NCBI GenBank assembly: GCA_963729045.1
Contig: CAVSMN010000020.1
Coordinates: forward strand, 96,001-160,000
DNA: 64,000 bases
Reading direction: 5' to 3'
DNA from: an uncultured Nitrososphaeraceae archaeon
GTDB taxonomy: Archaea > Thermoproteota > Nitrososphaeria > Nitrososphaerales > Nitrososphaeraceae
Part shown: piece after piece, positions 52,996 through 64,000 of the stretch
How the letters are laid out: every line of letters starts with the position of its first letter
Position numbering within the stretch: the first letter of the stretch is position 1
Made by a program: the position numbers and the translations under genes
Notes under the pieces: model-generated
Database searches by the model: none
Told to the model about the DNA's origin: nothing
Seen by the model: only the letters and a program-made list of their open reading frames with translations

Positions 52996-53646
52996 TTAAA
53001 TAAACCCATTTTTTGGGAATTTCATACCCATAACACGTATAGTTTCATCCTTTGTAATGGAAAAATTTTTTATAGTTTCCCAATTGTCTTCTATCACTTG
53101 GCCGACTTTAGGGGAAACATATTCATGCCATTTCAAATCATTGTTATTTGATCCCTCATTCGGGTTTAGATTTTCTGTGGATAAAACCGATTTATATAAA
53201 AGATTTTTTACATTCGTCGACGAGACAACTTGTCTATTAGCTTTAACGGGATTAAAACCAAAGAGGGATAACAGAACCCGTTCGGCTCTATCTCCAGTGT
53301 AGGTTATAAAAGAATTTTCTTGGATATTAAGAATTATCTTATTTTTTAATCTTTTAAATGCAGGGGATACAAATGGTGGAAAGTATTGTATGTATGGAGA
53401 AAGAAAAGCATAATCTCCAAGAACATGAATATTTTTGTGATAATTAAAGGATTCCAATATCATTTGTTTTCTAATTTCGTAGGAAAATGGGAAACTTCGT
53501 GTATTTACTTCTATCCCATCTTTCAAAAACCTTACCGGATAAATATAAACACTATAATTCTGTAAAAGATTCCGGATAATTGACTCATGCGAAACAGTCA
53601 AAGGGTTAATATGTGCTAAAAATATCGCTGCAATTTTTTTTTCCAT
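52996..53646 (-). CDS. Cytidylyltransferase-like (HUP-fold) protein with degenerate HxGH motif
   Basis: FLAHINPLTVSH, PFSYEIRKQMI, VSSTNVK…W..YVSP.V. Confidence 0.65.
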   Translation of the reverse strand: MEKKIAAIFLAHINPLTVSHESIIRNLLQNYSVYIYPVRFLKDGIEVNTRSFPFSYEIRKQMILESFNYHKNIHVLGDYAFLSPYIQYFPPFVSPAFKRLKNKIILNIQENSFITYTGDRAERVLLSLFGFNPVKANRQVVSSTNVKNLLYKSVLSTENLNPNEGSNNNDLKWHEYVSPKVGQVIEDNWETIKNFSITKDETIRVMGMKFPKNGFI

Positions 53647-53679
53647 AGCACAAAGGGAGAAAAATTAAACTAAAGGTAT

Positions 53680-54006
53680 TTAAGAATTTCTTTTTATCTG
53701 AATTTCTATTGTCGAAACATTTCTTGTTCTGCCGTCCTCAGCTTGAACGGTTTCAGATCCTATAAGGATATCACCAACAGCATAGCCAGCATTTTCCATT
53801 CTCTTTAGTATTATCTGTGATACATCCACAGCTCTGCCAATGCTTAAACCACGGGCTTTAATAGTTACAGAAGGTTGATTTGCCAATTGAATAAGTGTTG
53901 AAGTTACATAAGCCATCAATGGTTTTTTACCGATGTATATTGCATCTCTTGTAGGGCTATTTTCTTTGTTTTGTTGATTAGGTTGTGAGTGTACTTCTGA
54001 CATCAA
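53680..54006 (-). CDS. albA: Chromatin protein Alba
   Basis: IYIGKKPLMAYV…IKARGLSIGRAVDV…RNVSTIEI. Confidence 0.95.
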   Translation of the reverse strand: MMSEVHSQPNQQNKENSPTRDAIYIGKKPLMAYVTSTLIQLANQPSVTIKARGLSIGRAVDVSQIILKRMENAGYAVGDILIGSETVQAEDGRTRNVSTIEIQIKRNS

Positions 54007-54077
54007 TATAAGTAATTTGAGGGGATAATTTAAATCTAAGATTTTTTAGTAATAGAGAATAATCTCTTATTAAAACG

Positions 54078-55581
54078 TTATGAAGACTCATCAATAAATT
54101 CTTTTATTTTCAAATTAAGTTTGTCATTAGCAATCTTTAATCTATTAGAACGGTCCTCAAGAATTTCCTCATATTCATTCATTTTTGTAGTTATGTATGA
54201 AATCATCTCTTTTTGTTCATTTTTATTAGGAGAACCTTTGGTAGTGCGATATTCTATTGAATTTTCTGGAGTCATACTTTGGATTATACTTTGAATCTTT
54301 TCTAGAGTTAGATCAGGATTTGAATAGTCAATCAGTCCTAATGCCTTAGATATATCACTTGGTTTTAATAGATTCAGAGGGATATTTCCATTCTTTACCG
54401 CATAATCTACTAAAGTACCGATTAATTTGTGAGACTCCCTAAACGATATTCCCCCTTTTTTGATAAGTTGTTCTGCAATGTCTAGTGATATAGCGTAGCT
54501 TTTAGATGAATCTGCATACATTTTGTTTTTATTCGACACTCATTGTAGATATCACACCGGCCATAATAGATAGAGACCCTTCAAGTATTGAAGTAATTTT
54601 CCATAACAAAGGTTTTATCTCCTGTAAATCTCTGCTATATCCTGAAGGCAGTCCTTTCATAATTGTAGAAATTGCTACCAAAATCCCCTGTATAACGCCA
54701 GTCTTTCCACGAATAAGTTCCAGAGGATCAGGATTCTTTTTTTGTGGCATTACAGATGAGGATGAACTAAATCGATCATCCAAGAAAACAAAACCGAATT
54801 CAGATGTAGACCAAACAATAAGATCCTCTGCTATCTTACATAGGTTTAACATACAAGTAAGAGAGGCAGAAGCGAATTCTATCAACGAATCTCGTGAACT
54901 CGTCGCATCTATGCTATTATAGACAATATCTGAAAAACCTAACATGGAGGACACTCTTTCACGATCTATGTTCATACTGCTTCCCCCGATAGCACAAGCC
55001 CCCAGTGGAGAACAATTGATCCTTTTATATGATTCTGAATACCTTTCGAAGTCTCGGGTTAAAGAAAAGCAATATGATAGTAAATAATGAGAAAAAACAC
55101 CCAATTGAGCCTGTTGCATATGAGTGTACATAGGCATTATGGAATCAACATTACTGTTTGCCTGCAATAATAATGATTTTATTAACAATATTATATTAGC
55201 ACTAATTCGATTTAGATCATCCCGAAGTTTCATTCTAATGTCTAATATCACTTGGTCATTTCTCGATCTTGCGGTATGCATTTTCCCACCCGAATTGATA
55301 TCGGTAATCCTTATAATAGCAGATTCTATCAATTCATGGATGTCTTCAGAAGCGCTATCACCATATCTGTTTAATGAATCGGAATGGGTCAATAAGTGAT
55401 CCATACCTTTTAAAATAGTAACCAGTTCTTTTTTAGCCAGGATACCAACTTCATATAACATTATTACGTGAGCCTGACTCCCCAAGATATCGTAATAAAA
55501 TAAGTCAGCATCTTCGGCTATTGAGGACAAAAATGATAGAGCTTTATTATCCAAATTTCCACTGGGCCTAGACCTATACAT
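54078..55581 (-). CDS. argH: Argininosuccinate lyase; frameshift near 54534
   Basis: EDIHE, HTARSRNDQ, YTHMQQAQ, SPLGACA, SSSVMPQKKNPD, GYSRDLQE; C-terminal GISFRESH in the second ORF. Confidence 0.93.
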
Positions 55582-55684
55582 TCAAAAATTTTAATTTAAT
55601 CGGATATTTTAACATAATAAAATTGATTAGGCGAAAAATATTTGGATTTACTAAATAATTAATAAATAGGCAAGATGACAATAT

Positions 55685-56038
55685 ATGTTAATCATGTCTC
55701 AAGATTTACAACTAACTAGACGTCTAATATTTGATGAACTTACAAAAATAGTTGACCCGGAAATAGGAGTTTCAATAATGGAGTTAGAATTAATAGACAA
55801 AGTAGACATCGATAAAGGAAAAGTTGATGTCGATTTACATCTTACTAGTCCATTCTGTCCAGCAGTATTTGGATTTAAAATAGCACAAGATGTAAGAGAC
55901 AATATTTTTAAAGTTGAAGGCATCAACGATGTAAAAGTAAATGTAAGCAATCACTTCATGGCAGAAGCGATAAACAAGCAGGTAAATGAAAGTAAAAAAC
56001 CTTCAGATAAACCAGATGAGAAAAAGAGTGAAAAATAG
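55685..56038 (+). CDS. DUF59/SufT-type Fe-S cluster assembly protein
   Basis: IVDPEIGVSIMELELI, LTSPFCPA. Confidence 0.88.
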   Translation: MLIMSQDLQLTRRLIFDELTKIVDPEIGVSIMELELIDKVDIDKGKVDVDLHLTSPFCPAVFGFKIAQDVRDNIFKVEGINDVKVNVSNHFMAEAINKQVNESKKPSDKPDEKKSEK

Positions 56039-56068
56039 CCTGTCACCAGGTAATTAATGAATTTTTTA

Positions 56069-56857
56069 CTATTCCTCTTTCGACCTTAGTGTCGCAATTT
56101 TTTTATCATTTTTTGTAATTCCGATCAGATGGCCCTTAAGAAGCTGAATCCCTAAGGCCGGGTCAACCCCCTTAGGGCATACATTACTGCAAGAACCCGC
56201 AAAATGGCATCTCCAAATTCCGTGTCTATCATCAATTATGTCAAGTCTAGTTGAATCGCCAGAATCTCTATTATCGGCCATATATCGATAAGTCTGAGAC
56301 AAAGCCTGAGGTCCTGGAAACTTTGTATCCGTTGCTACTGTAGGACATGCAGAATAACATAAACCACATTTAATACAATACGAGAATTGCAAATACTTGT
56401 CTACATCTTCTGGAGTTTGTTTAAATTCAACCAAGTCATCTTTATCTACAACTTCAATGGGCACCTTTTCATTGTGTATGTACGGTTCCATCTTTTTGTG
56501 ATGAGCGAAGAATTCCGTAAAATCTGTGACCAAATCTCTTATCCTTGGGAAACTAGGGAGTGGATCACAAACTATTGTTTGGTCATTTAGTTCAGATATT
56601 TTTGTATAACATGCTAATCGGGGCTTGCCATTTATTTTCATGCCGCATGAACCACAAGAAGCCATTCTGCATGAATATCTAATTCCTAAGCTACTGTCAG
56701 AATAAGATTTGGCATCTAACAATGCATCCAAAACGGTAGTCCATCGTTTAACGGACACATCAAATTCGTCATAATGTGGAGACTCTTCTTTGTTATAATT
56801 AGTTCTATATACCTTTAATTTTATTTTATTAGTTTCGTCACTCATATTTATCCGCAC
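56069..56857 (-). CDS. sdhB: Succinate dehydrogenase iron-sulfur subunit
   Basis: SCRMASCGSC…LAC; CIKCGLCYSACP; CHFAGSCSNVCPKG. Confidence 0.95.
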   Translation of the reverse strand: MRINMSDETNKIKLKVYRTNYNKEESPHYDEFDVSVKRWTTVLDALLDAKSYSDSSLGIRYSCRMASCGSCGMKINGKPRLACYTKISELNDQTIVCDPLPSFPRIRDLVTDFTEFFAHHKKMEPYIHNEKVPIEVVDKDDLVEFKQTPEDVDKYLQFSYCIKCGLCYSACPTVATDTKFPGPQALSQTYRYMADNRDSGDSTRLDIIDDRHGIWRCHFAGSCSNVCPKGVDPALGIQLLKGHLIGITKNDKKIATLRSKEE

Positions 56858-56938
56858 ATGTTTTTTATTTCATATTCAAGATTAACATTCAGAATTAGTG
56901 TAGAAGATGACCAGGGTATTATATTTTCTTGATACATA

Positions 56939-57292
56939 TTATAATTGACTCCCAATAATAATTGTTCTTGTACCATATGCTACAACACCAATCATTGCGG
57001 CTAGCACCAATATAGTTATTGTGGACTCCCACCATTGATTTTGTTTTAGTTCTATTAAAATAATTCTCAAGCCATTAAATCCATGAATGGAGATAAAAAC
57101 AAGTATTAATTCCAACAGTATAACATAGTACATATTATGATAATTAGCTACTACGTTATGAAATTCTAAACTTTGGCCAAATGGCATAATGAGTCTAAAT
57201 AATATATGAATTGCTACAAAGAATACGGCACATATCCCCGTCAAATAATGAATTTTCATTATTTGACTTTCGCGTAATTTTAATAGCGGCAT
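56939..57292 (-). CDS. sdhD: Succinate dehydrogenase membrane anchor, small subunit
   Basis: Three TM helices, HGFNGLRIILIE; operon position. Confidence 0.85.
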   Translation of the reverse strand: MPLLKLRESQIMKIHYLTGICAVFFVAIHILFRLIMPFGQSLEFHNVVANYHNMYYVILLELILVFISIHGFNGLRIILIELKQNQWWESTITILVLAAMIGVVAYGTRTIIIGSQL

Positions 57293-57350
57293 TAGATTCT
57301 AAGCTCCATAAAATAATTCAAGCTGCTATAGGTGTTTGTCATGTCCAACC

Positions 57351-57836
57351 TTAGCTCATATCTCCAAACATAACCATACCACCATACAACATGGCAATAG
57401 CAGCTAATAACATGGCAACCCATATGCCAGATTTTTGCTTATAATTCAAAGAAGTTGCATCATATGGATAATCCGGTCGTCCTGGTCTACCTATGCCTAT
57501 TCCAGACTCGGTAAAAATAAGGCGTAATCCATTAACTGTATGAAAGGTGCTTGCACCTATGACCAATAATAGAAATATGTGGCCTCCGGTTGTTTGAGTC
57601 AACTCTAGCATACTATTCCAAGCATTAATCCCATTTACTAATGAGCTAGTTTCATATATATGCCCTATAAAGTAGATTAATAAACCGACTCCGGTTAAAC
57701 GTTGCAGCCAATAAGATACTCTTTCCCAACCATATCTAGTAGGGTTCAACCAGCCCATTAATCCTTCACGTCCAGATTTGAGCTTAATATCGCCATCTGT
57801 ACTAGAATTATTCTCACTATTAGGTTTTATACCCAA
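57351..57836 (-). CDS. sdhC: Succinate dehydrogenase cytochrome b subunit
   Basis: LQRLTG…HI, FHTVNGLR; operon position. Confidence 0.88.
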   Translation of the reverse strand: MGIKPNSENNSSTDGDIKLKSGREGLMGWLNPTRYGWERVSYWLQRLTGVGLLIYFIGHIYETSSLVNGINAWNSMLELTQTTGGHIFLLLVIGASTFHTVNGLRLIFTESGIGIGRPGRPDYPYDATSLNYKQKSGIWVAMLLAAIAMLYGGMVMFGDMS

Positions 57837-59555
57837 TTAGTATTTTCTCTCCACTGGTGCATATCGAGTAAATACGACCGGATGCCATGCCATCTTAGGT
57901 TCCCCGTCACTATTATAATACGCAAGAGTATGTTTTAAAAAGTTATTATCATCGCGGTTGGGATAATCTATTCGTGCATGAGCTCCTCTAGATTCGCGTC
58001 TATTTATTGCACCCATCAATACTATTTCGGCAACCCGCATCATGGAATCTATTTCCATCACATTAATGAAATTTGTATTGTATTCTTTTGCTTGATCATC
58101 AACGTGTTTCCAACTCAACGATTTAAGACTACGAATTCTTTTTAAGCCCTCTATAAGATCATTTTCATTTCTGTAAACATAAGATCTTTCATCCATAGTG
58201 TCAGTCAGATTCTTTCTAATTTCATAAGGATTAGTATCACCACGACCTCTAAATATCCCATCATAGATTCTCTTTTCTTCCATCAAAAATTGATGATTAT
58301 CCGTACTTGGAATGCTAGTCTTTTTACTTAACGCGTGATTGGCAGCCAATTCTCCAGTAATGGCACCCCATACTAGACATTCAGAAGTAGAATTTGCCCC
58401 CAATCGATTTGCTCCATGAGTACTATTACACGAAGCCTCACCAGCTACCCACAGTCCATTAAATTCAGTAGCACCATCCACATTAGAATGGATGCCACCC
58501 ATCATATAATGACACACAGGTCTCACTTCAATAGGTTCATCAATTACGTCTACCCCAGAAAATTTAATTCCAATTTCTCTGATTCCTGCAAGTTTTTCTT
58601 TAATTCTTTCTGCACCTAGATGAGTTAGATCCAATTTAAGACAATCAGCACCTGTAACATGTTTAAATCCTCTCCCTGCCTGGATTTCAGTTATCATAGA
58701 ACGAGACACCACATCCCTTGGAGCAAGTTCTAATTTTTCGCCTGCATAATTTTTCATAAACCGTTCGCCTTCAGAATTAATCAAATATCCGCCCTCTCCC
58801 CGTGCACCTTCGGTAATCAAGATTCCAGATGGCAAAATACCCGTGGGATGGAATTGAACAAATTCCATATCCTTTAAAGCCATGCCAGCACGGTATGCCA
58901 TATCTAAACCATCTGGGGTAGAAGAATAAGCATATGTAGAGAAGCTATAGATTCTGCCTGCTCCTCCAGTACAAATTATGCCTGATGGGGCAACGACCTT
59001 AACAAAATTGCCATTTTTCATCTCTATGCAAGTAAATCCCTGAAAGGTATTCCCTTCATGAAGGATGGAGGTACAGAACCATTCATTAAAGAAAAAAATA
59101 TTATCATATTTAAGACATGTATCATAGAGCGTTTGCATCTCGTAAAATCCCACTTTATCCTGGGCATAAGTAGCCCTCGGAAAAGAATAGCCACCAAATT
59201 TCCGTTGATCGATTCTTCCATTATCTCGTCTTGACCATGGCATTCCCCATCTATCTAGTTGTATTATTTCTGATGGAATCCAATTTACAAGTCTTTCTGC
59301 AACGTCTTGGTCTGCTAAAAAATCACTACCTTTAATAGTATCATATATATGCGATTCTATATTATCACCTTCGTTTTCATATAGTACAGCAGCTGTGCCC
59401 CCTTCAGCAGATACAGAATGAGAACGCATGACCTGAACTTTTGACAGAACAGCAATTTTTAGATTCTTGTTTTTCGAGGCGGCAGTAATAGCAGCCCTAA
59501 GTCCTGCCAAGCCGGACCCTACTATAAGTATATCATAAGAAAGAGTTTCCGTCAA
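57837..59555 (-). CDS. sdhA: Succinate dehydrogenase flavoprotein subunit
   Basis: GSGLAG, RSHSVSAEGG (FAD-linked His), QFHPTG, TEGARGEGG, ELAPRDVV, HYMMGG, HGANRLGANS, ESRGAH. Confidence 0.96.
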   Translation of the reverse strand: MTETLSYDILIVGSGLAGLRAAITAASKNKNLKIAVLSKVQVMRSHSVSAEGGTAAVLYENEGDNIESHIYDTIKGSDFLADQDVAERLVNWIPSEIIQLDRWGMPWSRRDNGRIDQRKFGGYSFPRATYAQDKVGFYEMQTLYDTCLKYDNIFFFNEWFCTSILHEGNTFQGFTCIEMKNGNFVKVVAPSGIICTGGAGRIYSFSTYAYSSTPDGLDMAYRAGMALKDMEFVQFHPTGILPSGILITEGARGEGGYLINSEGERFMKNYAGEKLELAPRDVVSRSMITEIQAGRGFKHVTGADCLKLDLTHLGAERIKEKLAGIREIGIKFSGVDVIDEPIEVRPVCHYMMGGIHSNVDGATEFNGLWVAGEASCNSTHGANRLGANSTSECLVWGAITGELAANHALSKKTSIPSTDNHQFLMEEKRIYDGIFRGRGDTNPYEIRKNLTDTMDERSYVYRNENDLIEGLKRIRSLKSLSWKHVDDQAKEYNTNFINVMEIDSMMRVAEIVLMGAINRRESRGAHARIDYPNRDDNNFLKHTLAYYNSDGEPKMAWHPVVFTRYAPVERKY

Positions 59556-59711
59556 ATACTTTATCTCATGATATCTAAATCAAGTCAATAATAAATTCTT
59601 TCTAATAATTAATCACAAGTTTACATAGTATATGTTATTTATTATCAATTTTTAATATGATTGTATAAATAGAAAATTTAAGAATAAAACTCGTAATTAT
59701 ATTGATAGATT

Positions 59712-60071
59712 TCATTTGTTAGGATTGGTTTTTTGGAGTAGACTATCCAATCCCTTTTCGCCTACTGCACCAACTGCTCTATCTACCGCATTACCACCTA
59801 CAAACATTACAAATGTGGGTATTGCATATACTTCCAGACGCATTGCTATTGATTGATTGTCATCTACGTTTAATCTACCGAATTTGACTTTATCCGTGTA
59901 TTTTTTGGAAAGTTTATCAAATATTGGAAGCATAAATTGGCATGGGCCACACCATGTTGCCCAAAAATCAACCAAGACGATCTTGTTATCAGATATAAAG
60001 CGTTCAAAATTATTTTCCGATAATTCTATTATAGTATTAGAAGAAGAGGTAGATCCTGATTCGTTAGTCAT
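59712..60071 (-). CDS. trxA: Thioredoxin
   Basis: DFWATWCGPC, AIPT. Confidence 0.93.
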   Translation of the reverse strand: MTNESGSTSSSNTIIELSENNFERFISDNKIVLVDFWATWCGPCQFMLPIFDKLSKKYTDKVKFGRLNVDDNQSIAMRLEVYAIPTFVMFVGGNAVDRAVGAVGEKGLDSLLQKTNPNK

Positions 60072-60284
60072 TTTTACGGATAATCTATATTAATAATTGA
60101 TATATAAGACTTTACGATCACATGAATTATTATATTAATGAAAAATTCATGACATTTCGAAGGAAAGCGTATCCGTATAAGAACTAGACATAAGTAAACC
60201 GCATTCAATTGTACAATATATTCTATCTGCTAATGAATCTTAGAATTGCAAGAACAGATATAACGCATATTAAATGCTAAAGGG

Positions 60285-60728
60285 CTATAAATCTACTATA
60301 TATTCAATTATGGTTTCATTTGTATCTTTATAATCGAGTATTTTCATTTCATGATAGGTTATTCCCTTAATTTCCACTTTAAGTTCATGTTTACTAAGAT
60401 CTACAAGTTCACCCTCACCATAGCCAGTAAGAATGTATTTATCAGAAGATTTATCAAAGGTAATTTCAATTTTAAACTTTGAAAAAATCACTTTATCAAT
60501 GAGCATCATCAACAAGATTTTATCAAGCCAATCAAACAATAGATTCTCTAACTCGTCACCCTCTGCAAAAATAGGAATCCGCTGCTTTTTCTCTATATTT
60601 TCTATATCATACATGATATTAACCAAGCCCATTGCCGAATATTCAAAAGCTTCATTCATGGTTTGACCTCTGATACGTAAGTATGCGTCCGTCATATGGT
60701 CAAGATATTCAACACTGTCAAGAAACAT
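60285..60728 (-). CDS. Archease (RtcB tRNA-ligase cofactor)
   Basis: EYLDHMTD N-terminus, EIKGITYH, terminal IVDL. Confidence 0.92.
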   Translation of the reverse strand: MFLDSVEYLDHMTDAYLRIRGQTMNEAFEYSAMGLVNIMYDIENIEKKQRIPIFAEGDELENLLFDWLDKILLMMLIDKVIFSKFKIEITFDKSSDKYILTGYGEGELVDLSKHELKVEIKGITYHEMKILDYKDTNETIIEYIVDL

Positions 60729-60805
60729 GCAGTCTTATTAAACTGATAGATATTATAATGAACCGGAAAATCTAAATTTAAAAAATATTGACAGTCTAAA
60801 CAACA

Positions 60806-62223
60806 ATGAAATTTCTACTGCCGAGAGGGATGAGAGATCTAGAGCCAGACGAGTATAAGGACATCAATGTGATCAGAAATGCATTCATAGACTCTGCAAG
60901 AATTTTTAATTTTATGTTAATGGAACCATCTCCATTAGAATTATTATCTACCCTCGAGACAAAGTCAGGTCCTTCCATAACTAAGGAGATCTACAATTTC
61001 GTAGACAAAGGGAATAGAAATATTGCTCTTAGATTTGATTTAACCATAGGATTAACAAGATACTTTGTATCCCGAAGAGATCTGAAGATTCCCACAAAAA
61101 TGGCCTCATTTGGTGGAGTTTGGAGATATGATGAGCCACAAGCAGGAAGATACAGATTTTTCCATCAATGGGACATTGAAATATACGGGCCTTCATCAAT
61201 AGAATCGGATACTGAAATAATTGAATTTACATCAATTTTTCTACAAAAACTCGGATTGAGAAATATACTTATCGATATTAGCAGTAGAAATTTAATTGAA
61301 GAATATATCAAAAATATTCTCAAGGTATCAAATGATGAAGAAATATTTGAGATATTCAGGGCAATTGACAAAATACCAAAGAAGGGAAAAGCCAATGTGT
61401 TAAAAGAATATAGTGAAAGAATTGATAGTAAAGTCTTAGAAAAAGTGATTAATTTTGCAGAGAAAAAAGGTAGTTTCAAGGAATTAGATGATGCTATGAA
61501 TTTGCTCGAACTGAAGAACTGGGAAGACATAGGAAAAATCAACATGTCGTTATCAAATAAAGGAATAAACAACATTCGAATTAATTTGGGCATCGTAAGA
61601 GGTTTGGACTATTATTCAGGGTTAGTTTTTGAAGCAATAGACACAGGAAATAACCTAGGATCCCTTGTTGGAGGTGGTCGATACAACAAACTTACCGATG
61701 CTTTTGGAAGAAAAGAAGTTGGAGCCATCGGGGCAGCTGGTGGGGTTGAGCGTATTGTTTTGGCAATGAAACAACAGGGAATATTCAAGAAAGATAAAAC
61801 AGTGAGTTTGAAGATTTGAATTATATAGTATATGACTCTATCGAAATATTTGACTATGTAGAACAATTATCCTCGTATTTAAGGAGAAACAATTTTCCAG
61901 TTGACTATGACTTGTCAGGAAGATCATTTTCAAAACAAATTGCAGAAGCAGAAAATAAGAAGAGTAAAAAAATCATAATTGTAAGTAAAGAGGATTTAGA
62001 AAAAAATGGCAAACTAACATTAAGAGATGCATTTCATAAGACAGATAAGAAGATAAACATAACTAAGGATTTTGATGAATTAGTTCAAGAGTTAGTCGAC
62101 AATAAGATTGAGATAAATTTAGAGTTTGATAGATTTTACACTTTTCATTTTAATAAAACCACTTGGAGTTTTGGCATACACTTTTCTCAATACCAAATCT
62201 GGTGGATCATAGCTTATATATAA
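60806..62223 (+). CDS. hisS: Histidyl-tRNA synthetase; frameshift near 61797, 3' end uncertain
   Basis: PRGMRD, LRFDLT, WRYDEPQAGRYRFFHQWD, VRGLDYYSG, GGGRY, GVER; anticodon-binding domain in ORF 61816-62223. Confidence 0.92.
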
Positions 62224-62379
62224 ATCACCTTCGTTTAGTTCTTGAACATTATAATTAATTTCAATTGTTTCTTCAGGTATCCCATGTTCTTTTAATCTTA
62301 GTTTGGCTTTTTCGATTAATTCGGAATCAGAAGTATTAGGAGCAAAGAAAATTTTTCCTATTAAATTGAATTCATTCAT
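62119..62379 (-). CDS. Hypothetical protein, 86 aa
   Basis: Compact ORF downstream of aIF5B; YISYDPPDLVLRKV. Confidence 0.65.
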   Translation of the reverse strand: MNEFNLIGKIFFAPNTSDSELIEKAKLRLKEHGIPEETIEINYNVQELNEGDLYISYDPPDLVLRKVYAKTPSGFIKMKSVKSIKL

Positions 62380-62443
62380 AGGTTTTATATTATTTACAAA
62401 TTTAACACTATATAAATATCAGATGACAATAAAAACGAATTTA

Positions 62444-64000
62444 CTATATGTATCCAAAAGCAGGATCTGATTTTCTTCTTAGGCTAACAATATGATCCAA
62501 AATTACTTTCTCTTCTTCATCTAATTTATTATTAAAACGATTTAATAGTAATTTAGCTTGCCTACTATCCAGATAGGTATAAAAAACATCACCTTCGTTA
62601 ATTTGCCTACCTATCTGAGGTCCATTAACTGATACAGCCACTTGCATTCCCCTAGTAGCTTCTTCAATTGATTTACCCTTATCCTGGATCTGATGTATTA
62701 CTCCTATTTTTTTTCCATCAGGATTCATTATTGACATTTTTTGTTTCATTTTACCTATGGTAATTTCCGCACCAAACACAGCAGGATCACTTCTTCTAAA
62801 AACATAGCCTTTCATAAATTCAAATTTACAAATTGGAAATATTTCATTAAATAAGATAGAATCCTCATGATTCTTTTGATAAGATACCCAGTCGGTATAG
62901 CTACGCACAAGGTTATAAATAATCTTTTCATTAAAGATCTTGACATCCCTTTCAAATGACTCTTTTTCTGCATCTTCTAAAATTTTGACATTAAAGCCCA
63001 ATATTATGCCCAGGTATCTGTCCTTTTCTTTAACTGCAGAGGCAGTCATCACATCTCTTCGACTTATCTGTCCGATGTCTGCGGACCGGATTGGGATGTT
63101 CTCTTTTTTTAGCATTTCCGAAATTGCCTCAATAGAACCGATAGTGTCGCATCGAAGAATAATACCATTGGAGTCTGTGTTAATAAGTGCAGATTTTACT
63201 TCTGATTCAACTAGATTTTTTATTTTTTCTTCGTCATCGGTAGGGGCAAGTCCATACAATGGACTGCCGGCTATTACACCATCTAAATCAGGGGAAGTTA
63301 TTTTTAATCCCGCAGCAGAAATTACCATATCTACATGACGAAATTTATCCCGTGGATCACGCATTTCATCAAGTGGCTTTGGTAGAAGTAATGATTTAAT
63401 CCTAGTCACGATAACAGAATTGCGTTTTGCGACCACTACTGAATCACCTTGTTTTATGATACCGTCTAAAAGAATGACATTAGCAGAAGGTCCTAAACCA
63501 ACTTCTTCATTTACTTCTAGAATAATTCCTTTAGCGGATCCTTCATGCCTTTCTAATTTTTTTATCATGAATTGTTGAGCCAATCCTACCAGGACTGTCA
63601 AAAGCTCAGGAATACCAACACCACTTGATGCACTAACTGGGACTAATGCAACCTCTTTCGTAAAATCCTTAACACGCCAAAAAGCCTCTGAATTGAATCC
63701 TAATTGTGAAAGAGAACCCAACACACTATATGTTTTATTATCAAGATCTACTTGAACTTCCTTAGGTTGAACTTTAATTTCTTCGGTAATGAAATTGGTA
63801 ATCCCTTTTTTCCAGCCCGTAATACGATCGACTTTATTTATCGCGACTACAAAAGGCACTTTCCTATTCTTTAAAATGTTTATACTTTCTATAGTCTGAG
63901 GTTCAAATCCTTTATTAACATCAACTACAACAATTGCTATATCTGCTGCTGATCCTCCCCTTAATCTTAAATTTGCAAAAACCTCATGCCCAGGTGTATC
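62444..64000 (-). CDS. infB: Translation initiation factor aIF5B (IF-2), 5'-truncated by the window edge
   Basis: DTPGHEVF at the window end, AINKVD, PVSA..GVGIPEL, PKPLDEMRDP, VFRRSDPAVFG. Confidence 0.95.
   Translation of the reverse strand, partial: DTPGHEVFANLRLRGGSAADIAIVVVDVNKGFEPQTIESINILKNRKVPFVVAINKVDRITGWKKGITNFITEEIKVQPKEVQVDLDNKTYSVLGSLSQLGFNSEAFWRVKDFTKEVALVPVSASSGVGIPELLTVLVGLAQQFMIKKLERHEGSAKGIILEVNEEVGLGPSANVILLDGIIKQGDSVVVAKRNSVIVTRIKSLLLPKPLDEMRDPRDKFRHVDMVISAAGLKITSPDLDGVIAGSPLYGLAPTDDEEKIKNLVESEVKSALINTDSNGIILRCDTIGSIEAISEMLKKENIPIRSADIGQISRRDVMTASAVKEKDRYLGIILGFNVKILEDAEKESFERDVKIFNEKIIYNLVRSYTDWVSYQKNHEDSILFNEIFPICKFEFMKGYVFRRSDPAVFGAEITIGKMKQKMSIMNPDGKKIGVIHQIQDKGKSIEEATRGMQVAVSVNGPQIGRQINEGDVFYTYLDSRQAKLLLNRFNNKLDEEEKVILDHIVSLRRKSDPAFGYI

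Noticed and set aside
60285..60728. Archease as specifically linked to the intron-containing tRNA
   Set aside because: 13 kb away in a core-gene block; a general tRNA-ligase cofactor.
54078..62223. Programmed frameshifting or true pseudogenes in argH and hisS
   Set aside because: No consistent slippery motif or direction; the window-wide indel rate explains them as errors.
6100..63338. Numerous antisense or nested ORFs inside well-supported genes
   Set aside because: Shadow frames of real CDSs with no independent signals.

Overview
AT-rich archaeal chromosome segment that looks like an ammonia-oxidising thaumarchaeote of the Nitrososphaeraceae, probably Nitrosocosmicus-like. This assignment is an inference from gene content (mpgS, GSDH-cupredoxin fusion, Alba, archease, aIF5B, PAC2 chaperone, many secreted orphan proteins). 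Positions ~1-32 kb and 41.5-47.4 kb are accessory: stress, envelope, metal-binding and secreted proteins with long intergenic gaps. Positions 47.5-64 kb are core genes: sugar-nucleotide genes, ilvE, alba, argH, sdhACDB, trxA, archease, hisS, aIF5B. About a dozen genes, including essential ones, are split by single-base indels, mostly in homopolymers, so these are best read as sequencing errors. Main highlights: (1) a two-gene, apparently paralogous 20S proteasome operon, with a propeptide-less but catalytically intact beta subunit and an alpha subunit that has lost all four open-gate residues; an HbYX-tailed PAC2/PbaB protein lies 11 kb away. (2) A tRNA-Gln(UUG) with a 16-nt intron at position 10/11, whose bulge-helix-bulge needs acceptor-stem bases, plus a 5'-leader copy of the acceptor strand that could free them. 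(3) A secreted Q/N/G/S 55-aa repeat protein with the features of a functional amyloid. (4) A Hef-like helicase / PC4-like / XPB / Bax1 four-gene cluster. (5) Two unannotated Cys/His microproteins. (6) A 1.4-kb non-coding segment bounded by inverted repeats. No CRISPR array, rRNA or intact transposase was recognised.
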